Source: Octopus vulgaris
Taxonomy: Eukaryota
DNA: 64,000 bases
Direction of reading: 5' to 3'
Assembly (NCBI GenBank): GCA_951406725.2
Contig: OX597816.1
Span: forward strand, 32,240,001-32,304,000
The translations under genes were made by a program, and so were the position numbers. Below, piece after piece: positions 15,131 through 29,632 of this stretch (position 1 is its first letter; every line of letters starts with the position of its first letter). Under the pieces are notes generated by a model. That model did no database searches, had not been told where the DNA came from, and worked only from the letters and a program-made list of their open reading frames with translations.

Positions 15131-16399
15131 CAATTATTACATGCATTTCTCTTCTAAAAATACACACATACAGGAGGAGTAAATTATACATATAATAATA
15201 CTTTCAATGTGACTCCCAATAAAATGTAATGGTAATTAGCCGATATATACTCAATAGCTGGTGCTAAACAATGATTTAATGACGTTTGATACACAGCTGC
15301 TTTGTCTGTTTGTGTATGTGTGTATGCTTGTGTGTGTGTTTGCATATATATTTTTTTATGTAGCAACTACTATATTTAATAAGGTCCTTACATACTTGCT
15401 GAAAATACATTGATCTTTGACACGTTTGTCCTAAAGCTACGACACTTCCTACACGTCACTACATACAAAGTAAGATTAATTACATGTCATCTCACTTAAA
15501 ATAGCACTTTATTTTTTTTTTTATCAGTGAACAAATAGCACCACCGATTACCACTCTCAAGCCGCTGACTCATACAACAAATGTTTGGCAGTGGTTCATA
15601 ATCCTGAATTTTACATTGCATTGGATTCCACTAAGTTTTATCTGGCGGCAAGATAGCAAAACACCGTTTCGATACCAACATTTAACTGAAAAGTATGTTT
15701 TACGTGGTGTTTTGGTATAAGACATTTAACGGATATGATATGTTGTGAAATGAAAATTGTTAAGATGAAAAGCGAATCATCACGAGAGCAGGATACTAAA
15801 GCTGATCCTCTCCCTCTTATATTAAACATTTCGGAATATATACAGCCGCTAATTGAAAAATTTCCTCCTTGAAATTTGGGAGAAGGGGCTAGTATTAACG
15901 ACAAGCCAGTATGCGAATGGTACTTTATATTATCGACACCGGAGAATGCGCTGTACCCATAGAGCACCACTTTTTTCACTGAAACTAGTTTACACAAGCT
16001 CTGACGTTTATCGTTGATTAATTTGTTAGTCATTAGCTTTTGCGCATTGCCCATTCCATACATGTAGGGTTATTACAAATGTCAGGGAGGAAGAGTTGAT
16101 TATATATCTTTAATTACCTTTCAGACTGGGACCTTAAATCGAACATCTATCACGTAAGGAAAGAAATCGTAGAAAATCCATTTTTATGTGTCCCTCTACA
16201 AATAAATCAACGGTGCTTAAAGGCTTCCAAAGGGATTGAGCTTAGTCATCTTACTGAAACCCAGCAATTGGAATGTTGCTGGATACATTATCGTAAACGC
16301 TTGCGAACACTCCTAACACGACGATATCCCAATATAGGATATCCATCCAATATAGGATATCCATCCAATATAGGATAAAACTAGATTTTATTTCTTTTT

Positions 16400-16960
16400 A
16401 AGGTGGCGAGCTGGCAGAAAGGTTAGCACGCCGGGCGAAATGCGTAACCGTTTTACGTCTGCCGTTACGTTCTGAGTTCAAATTCCGCCGAGGTCGAATT
16501 TGTCTGTCATCCTTTCGGGGTCGATAAATTAAGGACCCGTTACACACTGGGGTCCATGTAATCGACTTACTCTGTTTGTCTGTCCTTGTTTTTCCTCTCT
16601 GTGTTTAGCCACTTGTGGGCAGTAAAGAAATAGGTATTTCGTCTGCCGTTACGTTGTGAGTTCAAATTCCGCCGAGGTCAACTTTGCCTTTCATCCTTTC
16701 GGGGTCGATTAGATAAGAACCAGTTACGCACGACTTAATCCGTTTGTCTGTCCTTGTTTGTCCCCTCTGTGTTTAGCCCCTTTCGGATAGTAAAGAAATT
16801 GGTATTTCCTCTGTCTTTATGTTCTGAGTTACAATACCGCCGAGATCGACTTTGCTTTTCGGGGTCGATATACTAAGTAGCAGTTGCGTACTGGGGTCGA
16901 TCTAATCGACGAACCCGTCTCCAAATAGTTCGGGCATTGTGTTTAGTGTAAAAAGAATAA
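16400..16960 (+). mobile_element. SINE family B with head-less tandem repeats of its body (three units)
   Basis: cgtctgccgttacgtt...gagttcaaattccgccgaggtc recurs at about 16456, 16640 and 16808. Confidence 0.85.
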
Positions 16961-18828
16961 TCTCTGTTTAATTTTATTGCCTGTCAGAGTGCATTTGTAT
17001 GAATATCATTTTTTTTGTTTTTGTTTTTGTGATGTACACTCCAAAGCATTATTATATCTCGCACCCACTCTTATCTATGCATTAACGTGTTAGTAACTGT
17101 CATGTTTCACATTTCAAAAATGTATAAAGATGATACCTGAAGCGTTTCATATTTAACTTTATGCAAACAGGTGTTATCTCAAGTAAATCTAGACACAAAC
17201 CGCCTCCATAAACACAAATATGACAAACGCACAGCCGTCTCTTGTTCTTTCAAATATTGCGCCAAATTCATTCCCACCTCCTCTACTCTGCCTCATAATT
17301 TTTTTCAGAAATACCATTAAAATTATAATAGTGTGCATTACGTTCCAATGCGGCCATGTAGCCTATTTCTTTCTTTTGTAAGCTTTAGATTCGTTATATC
17401 GGGCGTATATTGGAGCTTTTTATTCATTACGTCGGGCGTATATTAAACCTCTTTATTCATTACGTCTGGCGTATAAAACTAAGCCCTTTTATATCCAGTT
17501 ATGAGATCAGTGTTAAATTTTATAGAGAAAATCAGGTCTCTGTTGACATATTTCCTTGAATTAAGTAACTAGAAATAAATGACTACGGGAAAGAGACGCC
17601 TTGAAAATATCAATAATGAGGCACACATGCATATCGTCTTAAAATGGAAGTGATAAAGTTAAATATACAATTTTATGGTTCTAAAGATTTGATAATTCAA
17701 AAACAACGATTCAATCGATATGCTATTTCAGCTTTCACGCAAGTCTGAATGCAACAGCCGTTCTAAAGACTTATTAGTGAGTTAATTTTTATTTGCTTTG
17801 CAGACTCCTTGTCTGTTCCGATTTTCTTATCCCAGTTCAGCTAATATATAAAAAGATTTGATTGGCTAACACGGTATCTCTGAAGAACCTCACTACAGTG
17901 CTTAATACGACTGAGGCGAACACTTTATAAGTCAACAGGACACGGATATTTATTACAAATATTTCGTGACTTTTAGCTGCGTCTACTGCAAGAGATTGTA
18001 AATAATCTAGAACAGTGCAGGATTCCAACTCCTACACCAGTGTTTAATTAATCCTATTATAGCCGTATTTAAGAAACATAAATTACATTTCCTACGCTCT
18101 TGTTAGCTGAAGTGTATTTTGATACACAATCTTTAATCGTTTTACACAAGAAATATAAGTCGCCTTACGTGCATTATCGCGCAGGATGTATACAGGAACA
18201 TTAGTTACACTAAGTGAAGGAATTATTGATTTAGATGGAACCAAAACAGTCATACACACACGCACATACATAATCGTATATGTATAGTATGAGAAACACA
18301 GTCCATCAACGGAAACGGCATGCGATAATTTAAATTTAGGACAAAAGTAAAATATCTGCGCATGGATTTCTACAATTGGTTATCAAAAACATCAAAATAC
18401 CTCAGAATATATCTCGATGTTGAGGTCCTTATCTAAATAAGAGTTTACATGATATTTGCCAATATATTAATATTGAGTTATTGCAAATGATGGAATACTG
18501 GTCTAAGGTTAGATTTAGGAAGATTATAACATACGTTCGATCAATTTCTAATTTAAAAGCATTCTACATAAATGTTATACACCGGGAATTACCGGCTAAA
18601 TTGGAAAAGGTATATGGCTATTGGATCGGCGAGGATGAGGAAATAAACTTCCTAAACGAAACAACTCAAGAAAGAAAATACACTTTTCTGACACACACAA
18701 ACTCACTCGTGCACACACTTGTACACATACACACAGAAGCCTACATAAACATGTAAACATACACTTATACAAACGTACATTATATGTAGACGCATGTGCG
18801 TGTATGCATGCATACATGTTTGTATATA

Positions 18829-18992
18829 AGGCGCAAATTTGACTGCATTGTTAAAAAGCTTGCTTCAAAACCAAGTGATCTTGAGTCCGGCCTCATGTCA
18901 GATAACTTGGACCGAGTGCTTTCTGTGATAAGGCCGTACCAAAAATATCTCGTGAGCGCATGTAATAGAAGGAGAGTAGGCCCCACCGCCGT
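18829..18992 (+). mobile_element. Degenerate SINE family A 5' half
   Basis: aggcgca...aaaaagcttgcttcaaaacca...cttggaccgagtgctttct. Confidence 0.55.
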
Positions 18993-19366
18993 TAGGTACG
19001 TACATATATGTATGTATATATGCATATGTTTTATTTATTAATTTATTATATGACGGAACGCATGCATCCATGTCTAAGTAAGATTGTTCTTGATACTAAT
19101 AATGATGCGCACTCTTAACCTTTCCGTCCCCCTCCCTTTCTCAGCCTCCATTATTTCGGGTTTTCCTTTCTTCTACGTTACTGTCTCTCCCTCTCTCTCT
19201 CTCATTCTTCATTATTTCTGGTTTCCTCACAACCATTCACTTTTTTCTCTCCTTGTATCTTGCTCCTCGTCCTCCCTCCCATCGTTGACCCATCGTCACT
19301 GTACTGTATATGCGTGAGAGATATCTTTTGACCTGACTGATATAGTGCTTATCATACAGCTTATTA

Positions 19367-19570
19367 AGGCTTTTAGCTGGCAGAATCCTTAGCAAGCTGG
19401 TCACAACTACTTAGAAGTATTTCCTCCGCATTTACGTAGTGTGTTCAGATTCCCTCGAAGTCGACTTTATATTTCGGCGTCGATAAAATATTTACAAGTT
19501 GAGGACTTTGTTCGAGACATTTGACTTAAAACTTGCCCCTGAAATCAGTGACTCTGTACCAAGATTGAAA
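19367..19570 (+). mobile_element. Degenerate SINE family B
   Basis: agctggcagaatccttagca...gaagtcgacttt...gtcgataaaata. Confidence 0.55.
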
Positions 19571-21239
19571 CTAATATCATAGAATTTATTTTTCATTAAA
19601 ATATTCCAGTATCAAAGTCACAATGATCTGACGCCGAGTGTAAAATCACTTGTGTGTTGCAGATGGCAATTGAAAGGGACAAATATACGCAGTATTTGTC
19701 CAGTGGAAAGAAATAACAGTACTGAAGAAGCATTAACAATTTCGTCATATTTTTTAATAGAATATGGCATAATCGGATGAAAACGGATGGAAGGTAACTG
19801 TGAAGAAGATTATGAGATAAAATACCTCAGTAATCCAAAGTCACGGTTTTGACACACAATATATTCACGTGCTTCGGGCTGCAAACTGAATCTCTTAGAG
19901 GAATTGATCAACATCTTAAAGCAAACAATTAGTAATTCTGTACGTGATTCATCTATTCGATATATATTCATAACAAATCCACACACACACACACACACAC
20001 ACACAAGCACACAAGTATATATTCACACATGAACATACATTGAAGAATAGAAAAGACTACGTAACGTCAGCGTTGTAGTAAATATATAATGGCAGAACGG
20101 AGAATGACAATTCTGAAAGAGAAAATACTTGTAGACTATTTTTATAAATGCAAGAATTTCTCTATAGAACCAGTCAAGTACACACCGCACAGAAATATAT
20201 AATGATGGAATATAGACTGAGATATACTATATATAAATGCTCAAATATAAATGCTTATGCATTGAAAATGATGTATGCTATAAAAGTCAGCGACAGATGC
20301 CGGTCAGGTCACAGAATTCTAAACCGATAACTACGAAATTGTGAAAAGAAATCTAGGAATAGATGCAGCCATTCAAATTAGAAATACTTCTATAAGAAAG
20401 GTGGTACAGACCAATGGATTTAGTTTTTCAACAATAGCTTTGACAAATAATGTATAGTAAGAAAATTCTCGGCAATGGTTTCTCATATAGAATTAGAGAG
20501 CGGTATAATGTAAAGAAAAACTTTAGTGTTAGCTATTGTATTAGTTTGTTTGATGGAGACTAAAGAAGTATTAGAAAATACGCCTTCAATTAACACTGAT
20601 AGCATGCAATTAGACATTGTGAATTCGTCTAAATAAACAGAATATTTAAAAAGCAATGTCTTTCTCAAGTACGCATCTTAACATTCATCCCAATTTCCCT
20701 TTGGCTTTACATTTCAGACTCTATTTCTGTCTTTAGAGACAAGACTGCATTATATTTTGTGTAATAGCTACTGCATTTATAGGCGAAGCACAAACACACA
20801 CAAACTCACACATATCTATATTCAGTCATTCACGTTATACACACTATTCTCGATCGTAAAGAGTTTCTCTCATTCCCATATTATATAACGTGCAATCTGG
20901 TGGTTATATCTATAAAACAAATAAGGGGAAACCCAGCCGACGACTAATAGCGATGATCGAAGAATTGTGTCGCTATTATGTATATATAAACTATATATTT
21001 CTCTCCGCTTACACGTTAAATGAGAGAACCAAGTATATATACATACGAATCTCAACCGTGCCAGGCCATCATCAAAAAACTTATATATGGTATATGTAGA
21101 ATACTTTTAAACTTATTATTTGCCAGATGCTTTCAACTACGCTTACTGTTAAAAGAACTCGGTACTCAATGGAAGACTTAAGGACTATTTTGTAACATGG
21201 ATGCATCCGATGTGGAAGCAGTACCAAGAAGGGAAGTAC

Positions 21240-21450
21240 AAGTGGAAACACATCATAGATGATTACTTCAAAATCTGGGACAAAGCGAAAGAAGATCTGA
21301 ATATATTTAACAATATATTGAACACACTTCACCCATCCACGAAATTCACGACATAATCTAATTGCAATGAACTACCATTCCTGGATATGCGCATGAAAAA
21401 GCAGAACTCCACCGTCTCAACAGACATGTTTTACAAAAAAACTGGCGGAC
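21240..21450 (+). pseudogene. Penelope-like RT fragment
   Basis: WKHIIDDYFKIWDKAKEDLNIFNNILNTLHPSTKFTT*SNCNELPFLDM...STDMFYKKT. Confidence 0.75.
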
Positions 21451-21477
21451 CATTGCTTTTCATAATGGCCCCCTCAA

Positions 21478-21660
21478 ACATGCCCTCAGCCATGTAGAGA
21501 GCCACGATCATAAGTTATGCAGATGACAGAAAAGTTTCACGGGTAATACAGAACCCTGAATACACTATGCACCTGCAATGTGAGCTGGACCAAATATACA
21601 AGTGGGCTGAAAAGAATAGTATGCAGTTCAATGCTGAAATGTTTCAAGCTTTATACTATC
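21478..21660 (+). pseudogene. CR1/L2/Jockey-group LINE RT fragment
   Basis: ISYADDRKVSRVIQNPEYTMHLQCELDQIYKWAEKNSMQFNAE. Confidence 0.7.
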
Positions 21661-21794
21661 ATACATATGACTGTACCACATACGAAAGAGTACCATAAAT
21701 AACAGAATTTTCGTGAATTGTAATACGCAATGATGGCTTTTGAATAGTATTATTTGAACTCTGTTCTGTTAAATCCACCGCGATGCTTTCATAT

Positions 21795-22095
<301 letters not shown>

Positions 22096-22688
22096 ATCTA
22101 GCTACCTACCTGCATATTTATCTCCCTATCTTTCTATGAGACAATGTCATAAACAAACACAAAAATACGACTGTCCTCCCTTAACTAGCGATTTTTCGAA
22201 ATGTTCTTTACACAATACAATTATAATGATACAAGCTGTTTTCAGAACAGAGAAATATACAATGCCGATCGTACACATTACTTATTATGAGACCCTAAAT
22301 TAATATAAATAAACCACAATTTTTTCCCATTTCATATATTTGTTGTGTCTATATTGTGAATATTTCTTGACACATATTATATATATTAAATCATTTACAG
22401 CATTAATTTCCTGTAGGAAACTCTCTTTTCTGACAGATATTACAATATGTTCAGTACTCAAAATAGAAATATAACAGCAAATAGTATCATCTAAATCAAC
22501 TCCTAACAATGGTGCTTATGCGTTTATATATTTGTGTCTAATGGTGAGGTGTGTATGTTTGTGTTTGTGTGCTTATCAATGTGTTTATGCATGTTTGAAA
22601 GGTAGTTTCAAAGAGAATCCTCACGCAACGTTGCTTTACGGTAAAAGGAAATACTATGTACATATACGTGTGTACGTGCTTTTATACG

Positions 22689-22719
<31 letters not shown>

Positions 22720-24059
22720 AAACTCGAAAATCGATTAAGTCTCTTCCTCCTGTTTTCGTTCTACCTAATATTTTTTGGTTTTTAATATTATCCCTCTTTA
22801 TAAATCCACTATATTCGTTACATAGATTCTATCACAACTTCTTGCTGTGTGAAGTGAGATCCGTGTTGATAGACCCTTTATGTTAAATAAAGTGTTCACA
22901 TTTATATTTGTAGCACCGGTTGCTTTTTCGTAGCAACTGTAATTATTGACTATATAAACAGATTTTCATTTTCTTCCCTAGAAGTGGTCAAATTGATGTA
23001 GACGCCTCTGATTAGAATCCAGTAAGATTCGAAAATCGATAACAGTTCTTCATTTCTTTTCAGATTATGGAGTAATCCTAAAGTTAGACCTGCTTATAAA
23101 TCTACCCAATCGGTTACACCACACATACACGCATATACGCACATATATTCATATTAAAAGTTATATATTTATATGTGTACGTGAGAGTGTGTATGTGTGT
23201 GTTTGTGCGTGTGTGCTTGTGTGTTTATACAAAGTTAGTAAGAGAGAATGCGGATTAAGAGAGTGACTATTGTTATATATGGAAGAAATGGTAGTGTTCA
23301 ATTCTAAATTTCACCATTTAATCAAATTTTACTGCACGAGGTGAGTGAACACTCTCAGCAACTCCGTATAACAGTAGTTTTAATAGCAAGTGCTATACGT
23401 AAATCTGAAAAGGATTTATATGTTACTTTAAGAGTCTGATAATTACGTGATGTCAGGTGCTTGAACACCTATGATAATATCATTAATAAAATGTTGGACA
23501 GTCACTTTATAAACATATCCAGTAGGCCAAAGTACGCAGTTATACATTAAGAAAGTAAATACCTTAGAATAGAAACAACACGCACACGCGCACGCACACA
23601 CACACAGAATCACACACACGCCAACACGCACATACACAATTCTTGATACTTTCTAAAGATTTATATGCGCATTCTTTTCAAAAATGACCATCATGAATGA
23701 AGGAATATACTATAGATGCTTTATAAAATACATCCCTTAAGAAGCGGTGGTCAGGGATGTTGAATGAGCACAGGTATTTCCAGGTGTGAATTATTCAAAC
23801 CCCAAAGAATTCGTATTCACACATAGCTTTGATGCTCCGCCAATATGTCCTCTTAATCAGAGATACATATATCATCAACCATAATGTTACATGCTCAACT
23901 GGTTATGGTCAAACAACTTCGAAATAAATCTGTGCTATAGAGCAGGATACTTACTGTAGCCCATATTTATACAAAGAAACATCATATACGTGATAACACT
24001 TCTAATCAGTTAAGACCAACAGTCATGAGCGCCAGTGCCTGTTTCTACGTCAGGGCATT

Positions 24060-24610
24060 AATTATTATCATTATTCTTGTTGTAGTTGTTCTTGCTCTTG
24101 TTCAAAATTTGGTAGTTTCAGGCAAATTTGTACTACATCATCTGATACACCTCCAGATTGCTGGGGTGTGTGCAGCGTTGTGTGTTTTTTTTTAGTTGGG
24201 AGAGAGCAAATTCTTCCAGGTATTACAGTACGTCAGTTTCTTTTCTTTCTCTTCGGTGTGATGCAGTATTTTGTCTTATTAGTGTTTGTAGTGTATGTTA
24301 CGTATGTAATGAATTGGTCACGTAGCTTGCTGGTGGTAGTTTATTTCATTCTGTATAGAATGCCTTGTGTTTGTGAATTATTGAATGTTATGTACCTTGT
24401 GTAGTATTTGAACTGTTGATAGCAGGACCATTTGTTTGGATAGTGTTTAGTGTTGAGAATCCAGAAATAGTTTCAACATCTTCGTTAATCTGTTTCTTTG
24501 CTATCATGCCAAATGCTCCACTTATTACTGGTATTGTTTACACCGTAATGCACCACATCTTCAATACTTTAATTTCTAGGTCTGTGTACTATGACAATTG
24601 CTTCACCTTA
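24060..24610 (-). mobile_element. R4/Dong-like (restriction-like endonuclease) non-LTR retrotransposon 3' remnant
   Basis: Minus strand gives YTDLEIKVLKMW...TIPVISGAFGMIAK...ISGFSTLNTIQ, a typical RLE C-terminus; (TAA/CAA)-rich tail at 24060-24100. Confidence 0.6.
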
Positions 24611-25547
24611 ACCACTTGTACGTGTTTTCTGTTCGCTTACAATATGTGTATCTCTGATCATGAGTAGGAGTAGTGGGGGCGCATCATAGCTATGTAGTGA
24701 AAGAAATTCTTTGTGGTTTGAATAAATTTCGCAAGAAAAGAAAAGTTTGAAGGAAATGTTAGCAATTTTTCCTACTTTCTAATGGTAAACACACAGGGAA
24801 AACAGTTGCTAGACAAGGACAAAAATCGTGTTACTCACAGTCATTTGGGGTAGTTTAAGTCTTGAGGATATTACTGTTTGAACATGTGGTTGGATATATA
24901 AGAGCAAATGTTGCTATACAAGAGCAAAATTTGTTCAGACAATAACCGATGCATATCATTAAAATTATTTCAATTAGGATGTTCTGTAGCTTTAGAAATT
25001 CAGTATAGTTCAATATCGATCAATATAGATCAATATCGAGCACAGTTGTGTATTGTACCGCAGCACAAATTAAATAATAATTTAATTCAAATAACTATTT
25101 ATAAAATTTATGTTTACATAGAGTCTAATTAGTCATCATGGTGTGATGTGTGCTATGGAAATATGTTAAATATTTACTCAAATGCAATAATGCCTGTGTC
25201 AACTGAATCAACGCTATCATCATTAAATTACATTTTTCATGATTTCTTATTTTAATAAGGAAAGAGTCATCCAGGGAGCGTTAATGAATGTCTTTTAAAT
25301 GAAAAATTTCAAGCGATTATGTTTCACAATATATGTGTCAAAAAAATATATAATGGAAGAAAAGAAAAACGTGTCCACGCTAACTCAGTTAATTATCAAT
25401 GATGTACTGACAACTATTCAAAATTCTTATAATGTAATATATAAAGAACTGCAAAATTGAAGACACTAAAGCACCCACACAGACGCACATACACACGTGC
25501 AAACATATCTTCTAAGTGTGTGTGAATTTCTCTTTGCATGTTTATTT

Positions 25548-25598
<51 letters not shown>

Positions 25599-26486
25599 GC
25601 TATATGACTGTATGTATTATTACTTATCATTAAATAAATATTTGAAGTGAAGACTATTGGTCAACATATGTGATTGTCTTAGAAGGGACGATTTTTACTG
25701 CTGTTTATTCCCAGGAAATATCGTTTACCGCTGGTTATTCGACGCCATATTTCTGTCCTTATATATTCGGATATGGAGTCACCCCCAGCCAGTTGGGAAC
25801 TAGGTTTTCTGTAGTTGAACAACTATAACAATCGTCTCTTCCAGGACAACCACATTACGTTTTTAAATAGCCTTCACTTTAAAGAACTGTTACTGAATAT
25901 CTCACTTCGGGAGATTTAAAATAGAAAAAAAATATCTTATTAAAACTATGATTGAAAATTCTATTAAAATTTCGCAGAAGGAATGTACGCTTAATGTTAT
26001 GATTTCAAATAAGTGTTCCCACATTGTTAGTGAAACTGAGATACATAGACACACTTATATCTTCAATGCAAACGCAAAGCCAACTTCCACGGTAGGGAGA
26101 CAACTGTTTGAATACAAGGTGCACGCATCAAGTATGGATCTGTTAAGCAAGGGGTGATTTTCAAAATCTTTATCATTCAAATATGGGATTGATAAATACA
26201 TATGACTGCTGCAATGACATTTGCCATTTTCTCCGATACGTGTATAAGCATAATAAATAAAGTATATTTCTCCCACTTGTATGATTGTCTAATATAATCT
26301 GTGACCTTGTAATGAAATTAGTCGGTTTTTGTATTTCGGAATTAGAAACTCGACGGAAACCAAAAGAAAATATTAGGAATTTCAATGGAGTCTCACAGCA
26401 CAATTTCGTTTCAATAGTTTAATGCCTACAAAAGACAAAGTATTCAGTATATGCAATTGTTCAATATTTATCCTTATTTTCAGTGT

Positions 26487-26496
<10 letters not shown>

Positions 26497-26577
<81 letters not shown>

Positions 26578-26593
26578 CAGATAGATAGATAGA
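26497..26593. repeat. (AGAT)n microsatellite
   Basis: Directly visible. Confidence 0.95.
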
Positions 26594-27027
26594 TGTATAT
26601 CTTTGTTTGTCTGTGCTTGTTCCCACCAACATCACTTGACAACCGTTGGTGGTGTGTTTACATCCCCGTAGACATGAATGGATACTCACAGAAATGTATT
26701 TAGATACTACTTTGAAATCAAATAGGTCTTCGGGATCAAAGAACCTATCCGGCACAGTCACTCGTAGCTTCCCAAGTGGTACCCTGAAAACACTCTCATA
26801 TATATATATATACAAAACCTTCTCAGAATACATATGCTTAAAATATAAGTGGGGAGGGAGAAGGCTTTACAAGTCCGACAGTTCGTTCTCAGGACTGGAC
26901 GTTACGTGTTGGCAGGTGAAATTCATCGCCAATTTTTATCAGTGTGGATAAATAATGATACGTGTGTGTGCGTTTGTGTATACATTTTGTGTGTGTGTTG
27001 TGTGTGTATGTGTGTGTCTGTATGTAC

Positions 27028-27083
<56 letters not shown>

Positions 27084-27665
27084 CTTAAATTTGTTTATGA
27101 TAAACGTTTGTAAAACACAAATAAATATTCTATTCCATTCGGCCGGCCACAGTGTATTGATGCTGACTACTGAATCAGCATTTGAGGGGTGCGTCGTATT
27201 AATGTAGCTTAAATGTAGTAATAATAACAATAATACTTGAATGGAATTTATTAATATTTAATACATGGTTACGCGCATTTCCACAAAGGTCACGTCTTTT
27301 ACGATCATAATCCTTGTTCCTTGAATGATTACTTTGCACTCTGTAGTATCCGTTACCATCGAGATGATCATATCAATGCATTCATTTCTTCCAGTAATAT
27401 AACATTAATACATGTAAAATGGATGTTATATCACCTGAAAAAATGAATCCATGAATACAATTAACCCGTTCCCCACGTATGATACGGACTAAACTATAAT
27501 ATTATCCGGAATACGGACAGCGATTTTAAGAGACATATGATTTGTAGATACACGCGGAGTGATGTATTACGTGTTTATAAATTCCATTCAAAGATTATTA
27601 TTAACATTATTAGAGATGTATATATAAAAATATGTGTGTGTGAGTGCGTATGTTTATTCATATAT

Positions 27666-27830
27666 AGGCGCGAGAGTAGCTAGGGTGTACGGAGCTTGCT
27701 TCCCAACAAAACGGTTCCGCGTTCAGTCCCATTACGTGAAAAATTGGACGAGTGTCTTCTACTAAAGCCCCGGACCAACTAAAATTTTATGAATGGATTT
27801 GGTAGAGGAAAACAGAAAGGAATCCAATCG
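27666..27830 (+). mobile_element. SINE family A 5' half
   Basis: aggcgcgagagtagct...gcttgcttcccaac...ggttccgcgttcagtccca...gtgtcttctacta. Confidence 0.75.
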
Positions 27831-27842
27831 TATGGGTATATA

Positions 27843-28290
27843 TATATATAATTATAATAAAGGGTTATTTGCAAAATGTTGCTTAAACCACAAACCGAAA
27901 ATATTAGAAATAGCAGCCAAATAGGTTACCATTATCATTACTACAAAAATAAGTCTCCACAAACAGCAGTATTTGTAACCCGTATATGGTAAAGAGAAAG
28001 AAGATAGCGAAATCACACAGTCTACTTTGGATTAATAATGGACGAATCATTTCTGGATTAGAATCGAAAATTCATTTCCTTATCAACATAATATTTCCTA
28101 TAAATCTAAAGTTTCGTAGATTCATTGTAAGGTTGCTAGTTCTAATATTTTCGGTATGTGGTTTAAGCAACTTGTTGCAAATAACCCTTTATTATAATTA
28201 TATATAATTTTTACCGAATATGGTCCTTTCCATACCGAAATAACTACTAGGTGAAATTTATTAATTTTATTAAATTAATTATATTTCACC

Positions 28291-28295
<5 letters not shown>
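27843..28295 (+). mobile_element. Short PLE-type fold-back insertion in (TA)n, related to 5027-6323
   Basis: 27843-27915 is inverted at 28132-28206; the 3' end aligns by eye to 6160-6310. Confidence 0.75.
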
Positions 28296-28341
<46 letters not shown>

Positions 28342-28671
28342 CGTACATGTACTGAAACAAATAATACGTATTCTTTATTACAAGGGAAAACGAAAGTAAT
28401 TTTTCATATTTTAATGTAAGCCCACGTTGTGCCACCCTGTTTCCTCAAACGTTCGGGGAAGGGATGAACTACTTTCTGAAAGATGTCGACTGGGAGATTA
28501 TTCGAGTCCTGATTTGTACACCTACTTTTTCTGTAACCCCACACGTAAAAACCGCGTTGTTTGAGATCTGTACATTTTTGAGGCTATTCCTTATTCCATT
28601 CTGCAGTCATCGTCTTCAAGTTTTTGCCCCTGCGCGTAATGATGTGTACACGGCCTAAAATTCATTTCTTT

Positions 28672-28834
28672 AGGCGCTGGAGTGGCTATGTGGTAAAAAG
28701 CTTGCTTCCCAACCACACGGCTCGGTGTTCAGTACTAATGTGTAGCACCGTAGATAAGTGTATTCTACTATAACCTCGGACCGACCAATAACTTGTGAGC
28801 GGATTTCCTAGACGGAGACTGAAAGACACCTGTC

Positions 28835-28835
<1 letters not shown>
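28672..28835 (+). mobile_element. SINE family A 5' half ending in (TA)n
   Basis: aggcgctggagtggctatgtggtaaaaagcttgcttcccaaccac...gacggagactgaaagacacctgtcg. Confidence 0.85.
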
Positions 28836-28884
<49 letters not shown>

Positions 28885-29068
28885 CAATAATAACTCTCTA
28901 AATGAGATATAGACAGTAACTGCTCCATAACATAAGGGACTAAAGCCATCTGAATATGGCTAGGGACAGGGCAGGGTGTTGAGGGTGTTACTGTTGCATT
29001 TAGCCCCAGGCGAACATCAACGTCGCCAGATAGGCTTGACACCATCACGGCGTCCTTTATCCTGCAAA

Positions 29069-29108
29069 ACGTTGATGATAGGCAATACACCTTGAAACCT
29101 AGGTCCGT
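29069..29108 (+). ncRNA. Hammerhead motif copy with stem I truncated by the inversion junction
   Basis: acg-TTGATGA-taggcaatacacctt-GAAA-cctagg-TC-cgt. Confidence 0.65.
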
Positions 29109-29417
29109 GTGTGGTTTCCGCTTCATCGGGGAATTATCTCCCTTTGCAGGATAAAGGACGCCGTGATGGTGTCAAGCCTATCTGGCGACGCTGATGTTCG
29201 CCTGGGGCTAAATGCAACAGTAACACCCCCACCACCCTGCCCTGTCCCTAGCCATATTCAGATGGCTTTAGTCCCTTATGTTATGGAGCAGTTACTGTCT
29301 ATGTCTCATTTGAAATATATTGCTGTCGATTTCGAAATCAGCAAATGTATTCTGCTTGAAAATCTATATATAAATATCCTGCAGAGTGAGTTGTTTGTCG
29401 AGGGAGCGGGGGCCTAC

Positions 29418-29463
29418 CACACGTTGATGATAGGCAATACACCTTGAAACCTAGGTCCGTGTG
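29418..29463 (+). ncRNA. Minimal type I hammerhead ribozyme motif (C3U variant)
   Basis: cacacg-TTGATGA-t-agg caataca cct-t-GAAA-cctagg-TC-cgtgtg: 6-bp stem I, palindromic stem III ACCTAGGT, GUC site. Confidence 0.75.
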
Positions 29464-29632
29464 TGGTTTCCGCTTCATCGGGGAATTATCTCCCTTTGCA
29501 GGATAGAGGACGCCGTGATGGTGTCAAGCCTATCTGGTGACGTTGATGTTCGCCTGGGGCTAAATGCAACAGTAACACCCCCACCACCCTGCCCTGTCCC
29601 TAGCCATATTCAGATGGCTTTAGTCCCTTATG

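Noticed and set aside
16322-17480. Short tandem repeats (18-bp unit at 16322-16378; 33-bp unit at 17399-17475)
   Set aside because: Ordinary local slippage duplications
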